From Squalus acanthias (taxonomy: Eukaryota): a DNA stretch of 64,000 nt. Of this stretch, positions 37,130 to 49,437 are shown in pieces. Where the stretch lies: the NCBI GenBank assembly GCA_030390025.1, contig CM059432.1:88972001-89036000 (forward strand), given 5' to 3'. Each line of letters starts with the position of its first letter. The stretch's first letter is position 1. Under the pieces are notes generated by a model. It worked only from the letters and a program-made list of their open reading frames with translations. It was not told where the DNA came from and did no database searches. Position numbers and translations under genes: made by a program.

Positions 37130-38750
37130 TTGACACGCCTATCTGAGCTTGTCAAAGAAAATCCGTCTTTATTGCCTCTGCTTCATGAGAGATGTTGTCA
37201 CAGAGCTGTGCCTTCAGCTCCTGCTGGTCTGCAGGGATGACTCTTCCCATAACTGTGGAGATTACCAAAATATTTTTATACTACTGAATCTGTCCAAGCC
37301 ACCACAGGAGAGATCTGCAAAATCAGTCAACCGAAAGACCATAGTTGCATCATGAGGTATCAATTGGGCAGGCCACAGACCTTTCACCTAGTGGCAGGGT
37401 TGCTAAGAGTCTAGAACATTGCAGGTAACACCAATTTGGTATCAAGAATCCTCACGTCAACCCTACATAAAAGAGTTTTGATTCAATTAATGTTCAGGTG
37501 GTGTCTGACCATCTAAATATCACAGTAAATAAATGGATGACTGAAAACTTCCTCCAGCTGAATACTGACGAGACTGAGGTCATTCAGCACCTCCGTGCCT
37601 TTGGCTTCAATTATATCAATTTCCCCACATCCCACATCTATCCGAGTCAAGAGCTGAGACACCTGGCGTCCTGCTCAATCTCTAGTTTAGCTTCCCCCTG
37701 CAATCTGCCCCATTACCAAAAATGCTTCCTTCTTCTTCTGCATTATTCCCAGGCTCTGGTCCATCTCTCCGCTTCTGCTGCTGAAATCCTACTCCATGCC
37801 GTCATCACTGCCAGCTTGACTTCTTCAATCACCTTTTATTTCCTTGTCTGCATCAACCTAGCACAAGCTTCAACTCACTTAAAACACCAGAGATGGTGGC
37901 CTCACCCACACAAAGCCCCACGCTCCCATCACTTCTGTCATCTCCAAACTCCACTTGGCTTCCTGTGCCCCAGTGTATCTATTTTAATATTCTCACTGTT
38001 GTTTTCAAATATTTCTATGGCCTCCCTGCACGCACCCCACCCCCCCCCACCTGCAACCCACCACCCACCCCCACAACCCCCCCCCGCCACTTAGTGATCT
38101 CCTGCCTTATGTCCCTGCTCTAACACCAATCGTTCTCTTCTGCTTCACCATTGTCAACCATTCATTCAGACACTCTGCCCCCTGAAATCTTCTACCCAGC
38201 TGCCTCTGCCTTACCACATTTCTCCCTGCTTTCAAAAACCTCCTCATAACACTCTCTGTCATTATGCTTAGCTTTTCCATCTCTTCCTTTTCCCCATGAT
38301 TGTTGGCCACTGCATCCTTTCTCCATTTTTGTAAAGCACTCTGAGACATCTTCCTGCATGCAAGGAGCAACATGATAAAGCCTTCACCTTGCAGCAGTAC
38401 ACACTATCCATGTTATTTGAATGCTCAATAGATGATTTCTGGAAGACCAGGGCTGTTTTTTTCAGCCATTGCTGATGGCCCCACTGAGAAATCTCCATAT
38501 AGTAACAGATTGTAAATGTAGTGTGAAATATGCCTCAACCAGAATTATTGTGGAACCCACCATCAGGATATTGAAGCAAAGATTTCACTGTTTGGACCGC
38601 TCAGTTTGGGTGCTCATCTATAGCCCAGCAAAGGTGTCCACAATAGTCTTCTGCATGAGTTTGCAATACAAAGAGGAGTAAGCATGCAACAGGATGAGGA
38701 GGAGGAGGCCCGTGGTGCAGAAGGAGTAGTAAAGCAGGAGGAGGTGGTAT
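37130..38750 (+). pseudogene. Degraded Harbinger transposase, interrupted by an L2 fragment
   Basis: LCFMRDVVTELC, and LMAPLRN...STRIIVEPTIRILKQRFHCLDRSVWVLIYSPAKVSTIV, align with LMTPLRS...[30 protein letters not shown]. Confidence 0.7.
37500..38360 (+). mobile_element. Old L2 LINE 3' fragment
   Basis: WMTENFLQLNTDETEVI, AEILLHAV; TGTAAAGCACTCTGAGAC tail. Confidence 0.7.
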
Positions 38751-39099
38751 AATGTATGAATTGCTTGTTTCATTTAATTAGAGGTCACATTGGGTTTTAT
38801 ATGTCAAAAAATCCATGGGTTTGTTTCCTTAGTCTTGTTGTACAAATTTGTCTTTGATTCTTTATCAGATAGGTTCATTGGTTTGAATTGCAGATGGTCC
38901 CATTGAAGTAATTATCAGGGGTTTAGTGTGCATGAACTGTGACAAGATGAAACCTACTGAATTTCAGAGTGGAAGATCTCAAACGGATCAAATAGTTGAC
39001 TTCTGCATGTTTTATATCTCTGCAGACAGAATTATATAATCCTTTTATATGTAGTGCAATCAATCTACTTTGTTTAATTGAATTTCCTGTATGAATGAT

Positions 39100-40655
39100 T
39101 GTTTGTTCAGGAAACCATCTGCAAGCAACAGTCAATAATAAAGAAAGTTGTGATGTTGACCAGGGAAAGCAACTATAGAGATTTCCCAAAACTGGTGATT
39201 TCAGCATCTAATAGGCTGAAAGCTAGAGACTGCAACAGGATTGAAGTTCTTCTGAGATTCTGGTATTTGATCAGACAGAGCTATGTTTGGATCTCTTGAG
39301 AGCAATGGTATCTAATGATACAGAAAGTGTCATACGAGGACGAAGACTGCTGAATATAGATATAACATTAAATGTAAGAAATTTAGGGCAGAGAGGAGGA
39401 GAAGCTTTTTTATACAGAGGGTTGTGAGGCTGTGGAATGCACTACCACAGTTGCTCCCATTCCATCGCCATAACTTCGCTGGAACTGCAGAGGAAATCCC
39501 ATTTCCACGTGTAAATGGAGTTTCCGCCACACTTCTGCTGAAGTTACAATGTCAAAGTGGGAGCAGCTGTGAGGAAGTTCTAGGCCCATATCAACACTTG
39601 AGAATAAGTTAGATAGATGGTTGAAGGAAAGGGGATAAAGGGATATGGAAACAGGTGTACACATGGGATCAGGACTACCGCTCATGTGGAGGATAAACAC
39701 CAACACAGGCTGGTTGGGCCAACAGATTTTACATAGAATTACATAGAATGTAAAGCACAGAACAGGCCATTTGGCCTAACTGGTCCATGCCGGTGTTTAT
39801 GCTCCACAAGAGCCTCCTTCCACCCCTCTTCATCTAACCCTATCAGTATAACCTTCTACTCCTTTCTCCCTCGTCTGTTTATCTAGAATCCCCTTAAATG
39901 CACCCATGCTATTTGCCTCAACTACTCCTTGTGGTAGCGAGTTCCACATTCTAACCACCCTCTGGGTAAAGAAGCTTTTCCTGAATTCCCTATTGGATTT
40001 AATAGTGGCAATCTTATATTTATCGTCCCTAGTTTTGGTCATCCTCACTAGTGAAAACACTATCAAATCTGTTCATAAACTTAAAGACCTCTATTAGGTC
40101 ACCCATCAGACTTCTCATTTCTACAGAAATGAGCCCCAGCCTGCTCAAACTTTCCTGATAGGTACAATCTCTCAGTTCTCGTGTCATCCTTGTAAATCTT
40201 TTATGCACTGTCTCCAGTGCCTCGACAGAATTTTTATAATATGGAGACTAGAACTGAGTTCTAAGTGTGGTCTAACCAATTTTCTATTGAATCATAGAAG
40301 GATACAGCACAGAAGGAGGCCATTTGGTCCATTGTGCCTGTACTGGCTCTTTGAAACAGCTATCCAATTAGTTCTACTCCCCTTCTCTTTCCCCGTAGCC
40401 CTGCAAATGTTTCCACTTCAAGTATTTATTAAATTCCCTTTTGAAAGTTATTATTGAGTCTGCTTCCATCAACCTATCAGGCAATGCATTCCAGATCATA
40501 ACAACTCACTGTGTAAATTTTTATTTCCTCGTGTCACCTCTGGTTCTTTTGCCAATTACCTTAAATCTGTGTCCTCTGGTTACCAACCCTTCTACCACTG
40601 AAAACAGTTTCTCCTTATTTACTCTATCAAAACCGTTCATGATTTTGAACACCTC
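39100..40655. mobile_element. Cluster of CR1 3' fragments (+ ~39100-39725; - ~39730-40280 and ~40290-40655)
   Basis: [18 protein letters not shown] C-termini and CATAGAA tails. Confidence 0.75.
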
Positions 40656-40786
40656 TTTCTTTTTCAAAAATGGGGAGAAGAATAAACCTGGCAATTACAG
40701 GCCAGTCAGTATAACATCGGTAATAACAACAGAAAATGCTGGAAACACTCAGCAGGTCAGGCAGCATCCGTGGAGAGAGAAAAACA

Positions 40787-40825
40787 GAGTTCACGTTTCA
40801 GGTCAATGACCCTTCGTCAGAACTC
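40787..40825 (-). ncRNA. Minimal type I hammerhead-like motif in a Penelope pLTR fragment (probably inactive)
   Basis: GAGUU-CUGACGA-A-GGGUC(AUU)GACCU-GAAA-CG-UG-AACUC: stem I, core boxes and stem II present; cleavage-site nucleotide is G. Confidence 0.65.
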
Positions 40826-41608
40826 AATTTAGAAACAATAACCTTGGAGTAAATAAACAGCCACTTGGACAAGCATGGACTAATAAAGGAAAGCCAGCAC
40901 ATATTTGTTAAGGGCAAATCATGTTTGACTAACTTGATTGAGTTTTTTGATGAGGTAACAGAGAGCTGCATGAGGGCAGTGCTGTTGATGTTGTGTATAT
41001 GGACTTTCAAAAGGTGTTTGATAAAGTACCACATACTAGGCTTGTTAACAAAATTGAAGTCCATGGGATAAAAGGGGCAGTAGCAGCATGGATACAAAAT
41101 TAGCAAAGGGCTAGAAAACAAAGAGTGGTGAATGGCTGTTTTTCGGATTAGAGGGAGGTTTCCAGTGGAGTTTCCCAGGGTTCAGTATGAGGGCCACCAC
41201 TATTTTTGATTTACATTAATAACTTGGACTTGGGGTTAGAGGGCACAATTTTGATATTTGCATATGACACGAAACTTGGAAGTGTAGTAAACAGTGAGGA
41301 AGATAATAAAAGACTTCAAGAGGACGTGGACAGACTGGTGGAATGGGCTGACAATAGCAGATGAAATTCAATGCAGAAAAGTGTGAGGTGATACAGTTTG
41401 TTGGAAGAATGAGGAGAGACAATAGAAGCTAAATGGTACAATTTTAAAGGGGGTGCAAGAACAGAGAGACCTGGGGGTGCTTGTGCACAAATCTTTGAAG
41501 ATGGTAGGACAGGTTTAAGCAGTTAATAAAGCATATGGGATCCTGGGCTTTATAAATAGTGAGAAGTCGCACAACACCAGGTTATAGTCCAACAGATTTA
41601 TTTAAAAT

Positions 41609-41644
41609 TACAAGCTTTCGGAGCTGTCGCTCCTTCTTCAGGTA
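41609..41644 (-). ncRNA. Minimal type I hammerhead ribozyme motif
   Basis: UAC-CUGAAGA-A-GGAGC(GACA)GCUCC-GAAA-GC-UU-GUA; palindromic AAGCUU at stem III. Confidence 0.65.
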
Positions 41645-41728
41645 GGGTAGCTGTGAGAGAATCTCCCAGAATTCACAATATAAACACAGAAAAAATGTAT
41701 TCAAATCTTTCCCTACATCAAAGACACA

Positions 41729-43114
41729 CTAAGAGCACAGCCAAGACAATGAGATGTGTCCCAGGGGGTCCAACGTGTCAAAACACCTGCTGGCTGCATA
41801 TCCTCTCCATTTGTGTTTGGTTCTTGTGTTAGTTTTTTTTTTTAAAAACCTGGAAAGACCGCCTTGGAGAACGCTTACCCGCAGATCCGAGGCTGAATGC
41901 CCCTGACTGCTGAAGTGTTCCCCGACTGGGAGGCAACCCTCCTGCCTGGCGATTGTTGCGCGGTGTCCGTTCATACGTTGTCTCAGTGTCTGCATGGTCT
42001 CGCTGATGTACCATGCTCTGGGGCATCCTTTACTGCAACGTATCAGGTAGACAACGTTGGCCGAGTCACATGAGTATGTACCATGTACCTGGTGGGTAGT
42101 GTCCTCACGTGTGATGATGGTATCTGTGTCCATGATCTGGCATGTCTTGCAGAGGTTGCCGTGGCAGGGTTGTGTGGTGTCGTGGTTGCTGTTCTCCTGA
42201 AAGATGGGTAATCTGCTGCGAACGATGGTACTTTTGAGGTTAGGCGGCTGCTTGAAGGCGAGTAGTGGAGGCGTGGGGATGGCCTTAGCAAGGTGTTCGT
42301 CGTCATCGATGACATGTTGAAGGCTGCGAAGAACATGGCGTAGTTTTTCCACTCCGGGGAAGTACTGGACGACGTAGGGTACTATGTTGGTTGTGTCCCG
42401 TGTTCGTCTTCTGAGGAGTTCTATGCGGTTTTTCGCTGTGGCCCGTCGGAACTGTCGATCGACGAGTCGAGCGTCATATCCCATTCTTACGAGGGCGTCT
42501 TTCAGTGTCCGTAGGTGTCCATCGCGTTCCTCCTCGTCTGAGCAGATCCTGTGTATTCGCAGGGCTTGTCCATAGGGGATGGCTTCTTTAACGTGGTTAG
42601 GGTGGAAGCTGGAGAAGTGGAGCATCGTGAGGTTGTCCGTGGGCTTGCGGTAGAGTGAAGTGCTGAGGCGTCCGTCTTTGATGGAGATTCGTGTGTCCAA
42701 GAATGGAACCGATTCTGAGGAGTAGTCCATGGTGAGTTTGATGGTGGGATGGAACCTGTTGATGCTATCGTGTAGTCCTTTCAGTGATCCTTCGCCGTGG
42801 GACCAAAGGAAGAAGATTTCATCGATGTATCTGGTGTACAGCGTTGGTTGGAGGTCCTGTGCAGCGAAGAAGTTTTGCTCGAACTTGTGCATGAAGATGT
42901 TGGCGTATTGGGGTGCGAATTTGGTCCCCATGGCTGTTCCGTGTGTTTGGGTAAAAAAATGGTTGTCGAAGGTGAAGACATTGTGGTCAAGGATGAAGCG
43001 GATGAGTTGTAGGATGGCGTCCGGAGATTGGCTGTTGTTGGTGTTGAGTACTGAGGCTGTCGCAGCGATGCCGTCATTGTGGGGGATATTGGTGTAGAGT
43101 GCCGATACGTCCAT
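41729..43114 (-). CDS. Penelope-like reverse transcriptase + GIY-YIG endonuclease (N-terminally truncated, likely non-functional)
   Basis: 461-aa ORF: DVSALYTNIPH, GTAMGTKFAP, RYIDEIF (YIDD variant), LYRKPTD, NVVYLIRC...WYISET...RMNGHR. Confidence 0.88.
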   Translation of the reverse strand: MDVSALYTNIPHNDGIAATASVLNTNNSQSPDAILQLIRFILDHNVFTFDNHFFTQTHGTAMGTKFAPQYANIFMHKFEQNFFAAQDLQPTLYTRYIDEIFFLWSHGEGSLKGLHDSINRFHPTIKLTMDYSSESVPFLDTRISIKDGRLSTSLYRKPTDNLTMLHFSSFHPNHVKEAIPYGQALRIHRICSDEEERDGHLRTLKDALVRMGYDARLVDRQFRRATAKNRIELLRRRTRDTTNIVPYVVQYFPGVEKLRHVLRSLQHVIDDDEHLAKAIPTPPLLAFKQPPNLKSTIVRSRLPIFQENSNHDTTQPCHGNLCKTCQIMDTDTIITREDTTHQVHGTYSCDSANVVYLIRCSKGCPRAWYISETMQTLRQRMNGHRATIARQEGCLPVGEHFSSQGHSASDLRVSVLQGGLSRFLKKKTNTRTKHKWRGYAASRCFDTLDPLGHISLSWLCS

Positions 43115-43319
43115 CGTGACGAGGAGTGTTCCTGCCAGGAAGTTATGTTAAACCTTTATAAAACACTAATTCAGCCACAGCTAGAGTATTGTGTCCAATT
43201 CGGGGCACCATACTTTAGGAAGGATGTGAAGGCTTTGGAGAGAGTGCAGAGGAGATTTACTAGAATAGTAGCAGGGATGAGGGATTACAGTTACGTGAAT
43301 AGACTGGAGAAGCTGGGGT

Positions 43320-45070
43320 TGGTCTGGGGGTTCCCGATTGTGGAGGGGTTCCGATGGTGATCGGGGTGTGTCCGATGATGGTCGGGGGGGCAGATTGTAG
43401 TCGGGGGCTGGGTAGCTTGTTGGGCCTGGAGGAAACACTCCTGCTCCTCCTGACCCACAAGCAGTTCTGTAAAGGCACTTACCTTATGGATTCAACCCTT
43501 CTTGCCTACTCTCAGCTGTGGGGTTTCTCGAGGCCTGTGGCTAAAATTAGAATGACTGTTAAAATGATGGCAGACAGCCTCGAATCTGGCTGCCCTCAAA
43601 AGTTTGTCACCATCCTCCGCCTGCTTCATGACGACATGCAAGCCGTGATCCTGACCAACGGTTCCACCACAGACCCAATTCACGTACGAACTAGGGTCAA
43701 GCAAGGCTGTGTCATCGCACCAACGCTCTTCTCGATCTTCCTTGCTGCAATGCTCCATCTCACCCTCAGTAAGCTCCCTGCTGGAGTGGAGCTAATTTAC
43801 AGAACAAATGGGAAACTGTTCAACCTCCATCGCCTCCAGTCCAGATCCAAGGTCGTCCCATCCTCTGTCGTCGAATTACAGTATGCAGACGACGCTAGCA
43901 TCTGCGCTCACTCGGAGGTCGAACTCCAAACCATCGTCAACACCTTCACCGAAGCGTACGAGAGCATGGGCCTTACACTAAACATTCGTAAGACAACGGT
44001 CCTCTACCAACCTGCCCCCGCCACACAGTACTGCCCCCTGATTATCAAAATCCACGACAAGGCCTTGGACAACGTGGACAACTTTCCATACCTCGCGAGC
44101 CTACTGTCAGCAAGGGCAGACATCGATGACGAACTCCAACACCGCCTTCAGTGTGCCAGTGCAGCCTTCGGTCGCCTGAGGAAGAGAGTGTTTGAAGACC
44201 AGGACCTCAAACCCGGCACTAAGCTCATGGTCTACAGAGCAGCAGTGATACCCGCCCTCTTGTATGCTTCAGAGACATGGACCATGTACAGCAGGCACCT
44301 CTAAGCACTGGAGAGGTACCACCAACACTGCCTCCACAAGATCCTGCAAATCCATTGGCAGGATAGGCGCACCAACGTCAGTGTTCTCACTCAGGCCAAC
44401 ATCCCCAGCATCGAAGCTTTGACCACGCTCGATCAGCTCCGATGGACAGGTCACATTGTCCGTATGCCCGATACGAGACTCCCAAAACAAGTGCTCTATT
44501 CGGAGCTCCGGCATGGCAAGAGAACCCCAGGTGGGCAGAGGAAATGCTTCAAGGACACCCTCAAAGCCTCCTTGAAAAAGTGTAACATCCCTACTGATAC
44601 CTGTGAATCCCTGGCCCAAGACCGCACAAAGTGGAGGAGAAGCACCCGGGAAGGCGCCGAACACCTCGAGTCTCTTCGTCGGGAGCAAGCGGAAGCCAAG
44701 CGCAGGCAACGCAAGGAGCGCACGTCAACCCAAGCATCCCACCCACCCACCCCTTCAACCACCGTCTGCCCCACCTGTGACAGAGACTGTAGGTCCCGCA
44801 TTGGACTCATCAGTCACCTGAGAACTCATTTTTAATGTGGAAGCAAGTCATCCTCGGTTCCAAGGGACTGCCTAAGAAGAAGAATGAGACAGCCGCATTA
44901 TAATATTTAAATGACCAACCCGCTTCGCGCGAGTGGATTGGTCGCTCACCCCTCGTCCCACCTCTGTTAAAACTGGAAGTGGGCGTGTTCGGTTCCTGTT
45001 GCAGATTTTTTGCATTTTAACCTCTGACACATCCCCAATGCACCCTTTTTTTGGAGTTAAGATTCAACCC
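43320..45070. mobile_element. Harbinger-type MITE fragment split by the RTE insertion
   Basis: 43320-43579 and 44887-45070 join across the TSD; ends GTTAAGATTCAACCC; a related block lies at ~45155-45500 in the opposite orientation. Confidence 0.55.
43580..44886 (+). mobile_element. 5'-truncated RTE-clade LINE
   Basis: GCPQKFV...VKQGCVIAPTLF...LQYADDA; stop at 44302-44304; C-terminal C2H2; (AAG)n tail; 8-bp TSD AGACAGCC at 43572-43579 and 44887-44894; closely similar to 29728-30882. Confidence 0.93.
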
Positions 45071-46535
45071 ATTGTCCTAGACTCAACCATCTTCAGCTGC
45101 TTTATCAAACACCTTCCCTCCATCATAAGATCCGAAGTGGGAATGTTCGCTGATTTAACCGGCTTCCCAGGTTTTGCAAGGGCCAGCTGAGTTTCCCAGG
45201 CCTCGGGAAACCCGGCAGCTGAAAGGAGGCGAGGACAGCTTCGGAAGAAGGTAAGTCCCTTTACAACACTGCTTGTGGGCCAGGAGCAGCAGGAGTGCTT
45301 CCTCCAGCTCCCCAAACCCCCACCCCATACAAAGAACCCTGGGATCGGACCCCACCCTGGGGTCGGGGATCGGACCCCCCCGGTATCGGACCCCCCCTCC
45401 AGGATCGGACCCCCACCCGGGGTCAGGGATCAGACTCCCATGGGATCGTACCCCCCCCCACCCCCAGGATCGGACCCCCATCCCCCTGGGTCGTGGATTG
45501 GACCTACCTGCTTTTGCGACCTGCACTGGAGTCTTCCCTGTCTGACTGGAAGCCAAGCCTGACTTCTGGGCATGGAACCTGTCAAGTACAAAAGATGCAA
45601 GCTTTGGAGTTAATACTCCACAGAATGCGGAGAAACTTTGGCCCCCGCCTACATAACCCACCCCTGGTAATATCCAGGCCAATGAAGCAGTTGTGCCCGC
45701 ATGCAGCAAGACCTGGACAGCATTCAGGCTTAGGTTAATAAATGGCAAGTAACATTCGTGCCACATAAGTGCCAAGCAATGACCATCTCCAACAAGAGAG
45801 AGTCTAACCACCTCCCCTTGACATTCAATATCATTACTATCATCAAAACCCCACCATCAACATCCTGGTCAATCACCATTGACCAGAAACTTAACTGGAC
45901 CAGCCACATAAATATTGTGGCTACAAGAGCAGATCAGAGGCTGGGTATTCTGTGGTGAGTGTCTCACCTCCTGGCTCCACAAAGCCTTTCCACTACCTCC
46001 TAAGCACAAGTCAGGAGTGCGATGGAGTATTTTCCACTTGCCTGGACGTGTGCAGCTCCAACAACACTCAAGCTCGACACCATCCAGGACAAAGCAGCCC
46101 GCTTGATTGGCACCCCATCCACCACCTTAAACATTCACTCCCTCCACCACCGGAGCAACATGGCTGCAGTGTGTACCATCTACAAGATGCACTGCAGCAA
46201 CTCGCCAAGGCTTCTTCGGCAGCACCTCTCAAACCCGCGACATCTACCACCTAGAAGGACAAGGGCAGCAGGTGCACGGGATAACCACCACCTCCAAGTT
46301 CCCCTTCAAGTGACACACCATTCTGACTTGGGAATATCTCGCCGTTCCTTCATCGTCGCTGGGTCAAAATCCTGGCACTCCCTCCCTGACAGCACTGTGG
46401 GAGTACCTTCACCATACGGACTGCAGTGGTTCAAGAAGGTGGCTCACCACCACCTTCTCAAGGGCAATTAGGGATGGGCAATGAATGCTGGCCTTGTCAT
46501 CGATACCCACATCCCCTAATGAATACATTTTTTAA
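45071..46535 (+). mobile_element. CR1/L2-group LINE 3' fragment of a distinct family, interrupted at ~45155-45640
   Basis: IFSCFIKHLPSIIRSEVGMFAD, ITIDQKLNWTSHIN, MEYFPLAW...LDTIQDKAARLI...SLHHR, SWHSLP. Confidence 0.75.
45340..45490. repeat. Degenerate GC-rich minisatellite (GGATCGGACCCCC-based)
   Basis: About seven variants of GGATCGGACCCC visible. Confidence 0.8.
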
Positions 46536-46539
46536 AATG

Positions 46540-46790
46540 GATTCTGTTTCTATCTTAATGTTAGTTATGTCCCTTTTTTCTACTGTCATTATGTTATTTC
46601 TAATTAGTACAGCTTCCAACCCCCCTTTTTCCTTCCCTATCTTTTCCAAATACATTATATCCTGCAATATTTAACTGCCAGTCCTGTTCTTTATGTAGAC
46701 ATAGTTCTGTTATCCCTACTACATCTGGCTCCTCACTACCAATTATTGCCTCCTGTTTACATTTTATTTCGGATGCTGTGCACATATCTG
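46540..46790 (-). mobile_element. Old CR1 endonuclease fragment
   Basis: EPDVVGITELCL...WQLNIAGYNVFGKDREGKRG. Confidence 0.7.
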
Positions 46791-49437
46791 TGCAGGTAAT
46801 TTAATTTGTTCTTATAAATTGTTGCACTCACATTATTTTATTTTTAACAGTCATTTTATACCTACGTTGTATAACTGTATCTGTTCCCTGACCATTTATG
46901 TTACCCTTATTCCATTTTGTAATTTCTTTGTAATTCTATGTTGTTTGCAATACATGCACCAAGATTGTGTTTAGTGAATCAATAGAGACTTTTATATTCC
47001 ACTTAAGAGAACTTTTTATGATGGGTATATGGCCCATAATGGATTTTTCTCATTACATGTATTGTATTTTAGATAGTTGCCAAATTTCTGTGATTTACAC
47101 TATTTAATAATAGTTGAATATATTATTTGTTTTGGTTTATAAACCTGGTCTGTTTGTAATCTCCACCATTTCACAAGTTTGGTAGCATAGAGTGAAACTA
47201 GGTTAATTCCAGTGGTCAAATAATTGCAAGTGCGATTATGGTTAATCCCTCTTTATGCCGCTTTCCAAATTCAGAGTAAAGAAATGAGACAGCTTCCCGT
47301 TCATAGGGGACAAGTAGATAGAACCATTGAGAGTGAAGAAAGTTCTTCACAAATTTGAAATTGTAATGATCAGCAGAAACTCTAATGATGAATTATGCAT
47401 TTATCAGACTTACAAACTGCAGTAATTTAATTTACAGAAACATCCAAGCAAGAAGCTGAATTAAGGCAAGCTTTGCTGATTTCCGTATAGGACCTGTTCA
47501 ACACAACCTGTTACAGTAAACTATGCTGTATTGATGAATGGATGAATGAACGTTCAGGGTCTGATCCCATCCATCTTCTTTCTCCTCATGTTCCAGGTGC
47601 CTGAGATTCTTTGAAGCTTTTACCATACTTTCTAATCCCTCTCTGATATTCATGATATTTTGCTCTTCCTATTTTGAATTAGAAATGAAATTTGTTATGA
47701 TGAACACACATACACACATATTAAAGGTTTTGCATGTAGCACACACTTCCTGTACACATTATCCTTACTTCCTGTGTCATGATTTTTCAGTCATGCCTAC
47801 ATTTCTATTATGTATATATATCCACTCGGGCTGTCATGCCTATATTTTAACCTATATAGACTGTAGGGATATACATTTGTAGTTTTCTGACTCAGACTTG
47901 TCTGCAGGATCCCCCGGGGAACTATGCTTAAAAATGTCATTCGTTCCTCATCTGGCCTTGCCCACAGGTTGCCATCCATCAACTGGGGGCAGCATTTACA
48001 TTTTTTCTTTGAGCCTCGGTCTATCTCGGTCCTGTGCATTTTTTGTTCCATTCCTGGTATTTGTGTGTTTTTTTAAATTCCAGTCCTGGTGTTGGTTCTT
48101 TTTAGCCCCACATACTCTGAAACCTCTCAAAATCGCAAGATTCCCTTTCTCAGTGTTTATACATATATTATTTTTAACCTTCCTCCCTATATTTTCCTTA
48201 TGATGCTCTCATTCCCATTCTATCCGCATTCTTCTTTTCAACAACACCTTCTTTGCTCACTTGCTCAATTTTTACCAGCCACTTTTCATCACAACCTCTT
48301 TCCCACGTCCCCTTTGATTCTCAGATATACATGCCCCTCCCTCCCATTCCTACTTGCTCCACCCAGGGTGGGTGGTAAGAGGCCAGAGGTCCCCTCACCC
48401 TCAAACTGTTTCCCCATCCCCTCTCCTCCTCTACCTTCAACACCTATCCATATCCATCAAAGAGGCATTGTTTGCTTTCAAAATTCAGCTTACTTTTTTT
48501 TAAGAAATCCAAATAGAACGAGGAAAGACATTCTGCATGACTGCCTCACTCTCTTTATCTGTGGCTATTTCTGTCTCTGTCTCTCCCTCAGGTGTTAGCA
48601 ATTAGAATCTCTAACTCACAGGTATTAATTATTAGAGCATTTACTTTTTCTAACAAATAAAATAATGATAGACTTTCTGTTAGCTTCAAAATTCAACTCA
48701 TGTGTTTTGAACAATGAACTAAACTCTCTCAGCTTAATACACTTTATTAAACAGAAAACAAAAGGCACAACAGGTACGTAATTAATAGACTGTCATTTAT
48801 TTTTCATTCTCCCTCTCCCTCACACATATACATAGCCTCTCTGTTTCTAAAAAAAACTCTCAATATAAACTTCACCTGAATAATGCTTTTGAAAATGTCC
48901 TTTATCCTTTTTGTAAATAATTTTGTAAAACAACTGAACAGAAATGGTTAGAAGCTAAGGAAAATATTCCATCAATACAGCTGCCTAAATGGTACTAATA
49001 TATCTTGGAAATTAAATACACTACACATGCTTAAACTGCATAATCTGAATTCAGTTAATAACATGAAAGATTTTGGACAAAAATATCAAGCGTAAGCTCA
49101 AGTTTTTGAGAGTAACGGAGGCCTTTAAGTAAAATCTTTAATGAAGGCATTAAAAGACAAAACTCGATAGATAAATTTAATTATTTTATTGTGAAATTTT
49201 CCTTTTAAAAATTTTGTTTAAACTCTTATTTCGGATAGTGAAATTTCAGTTATTACAAAAAAATTGGTGCATGATTTTTTTTCAGAAAGCATTTCAAATA
49301 AATTGTGAGGAAATGATAATATAGGGCCACCTCTACTCAGAGCTTGTATTTACACAGTGACAGGAGGCAGTTTGTGCACAAGTTTTCCACGATAACTGCG
49401 GACATAGAAATTTATAATGGAAAAAGTTGACACAGTG

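Larger units (their letters stand above)
41560..43132 (-). mobile_element. 5'-truncated Penelope-like element
   Basis: RT + GIY-YIG ORF followed by a pLTR-like end with a hammerhead motif and AATAAA; CpG-rich. Confidence 0.92.
40666..43320 (+). mobile_element. CR1 RT fragment interrupted by Penelope sequences (40720-40825 and 41560-43132)
   Basis: KNKPGNYRPVS, KSCLTNLIEFFDEVT; resumes at ~43133 with LYKTLIQPQLEYCVQF. Confidence 0.85.

Noticed and set aside
47405..47495. Minus-strand exon ending in GTAAGT
   Set aside because: Stop codons in all three frames between the candidate acceptor and donor.
48089..48598. 169-aa ORF
   Set aside because: Low-complexity pyrimidine-rich sequence with no domain features.
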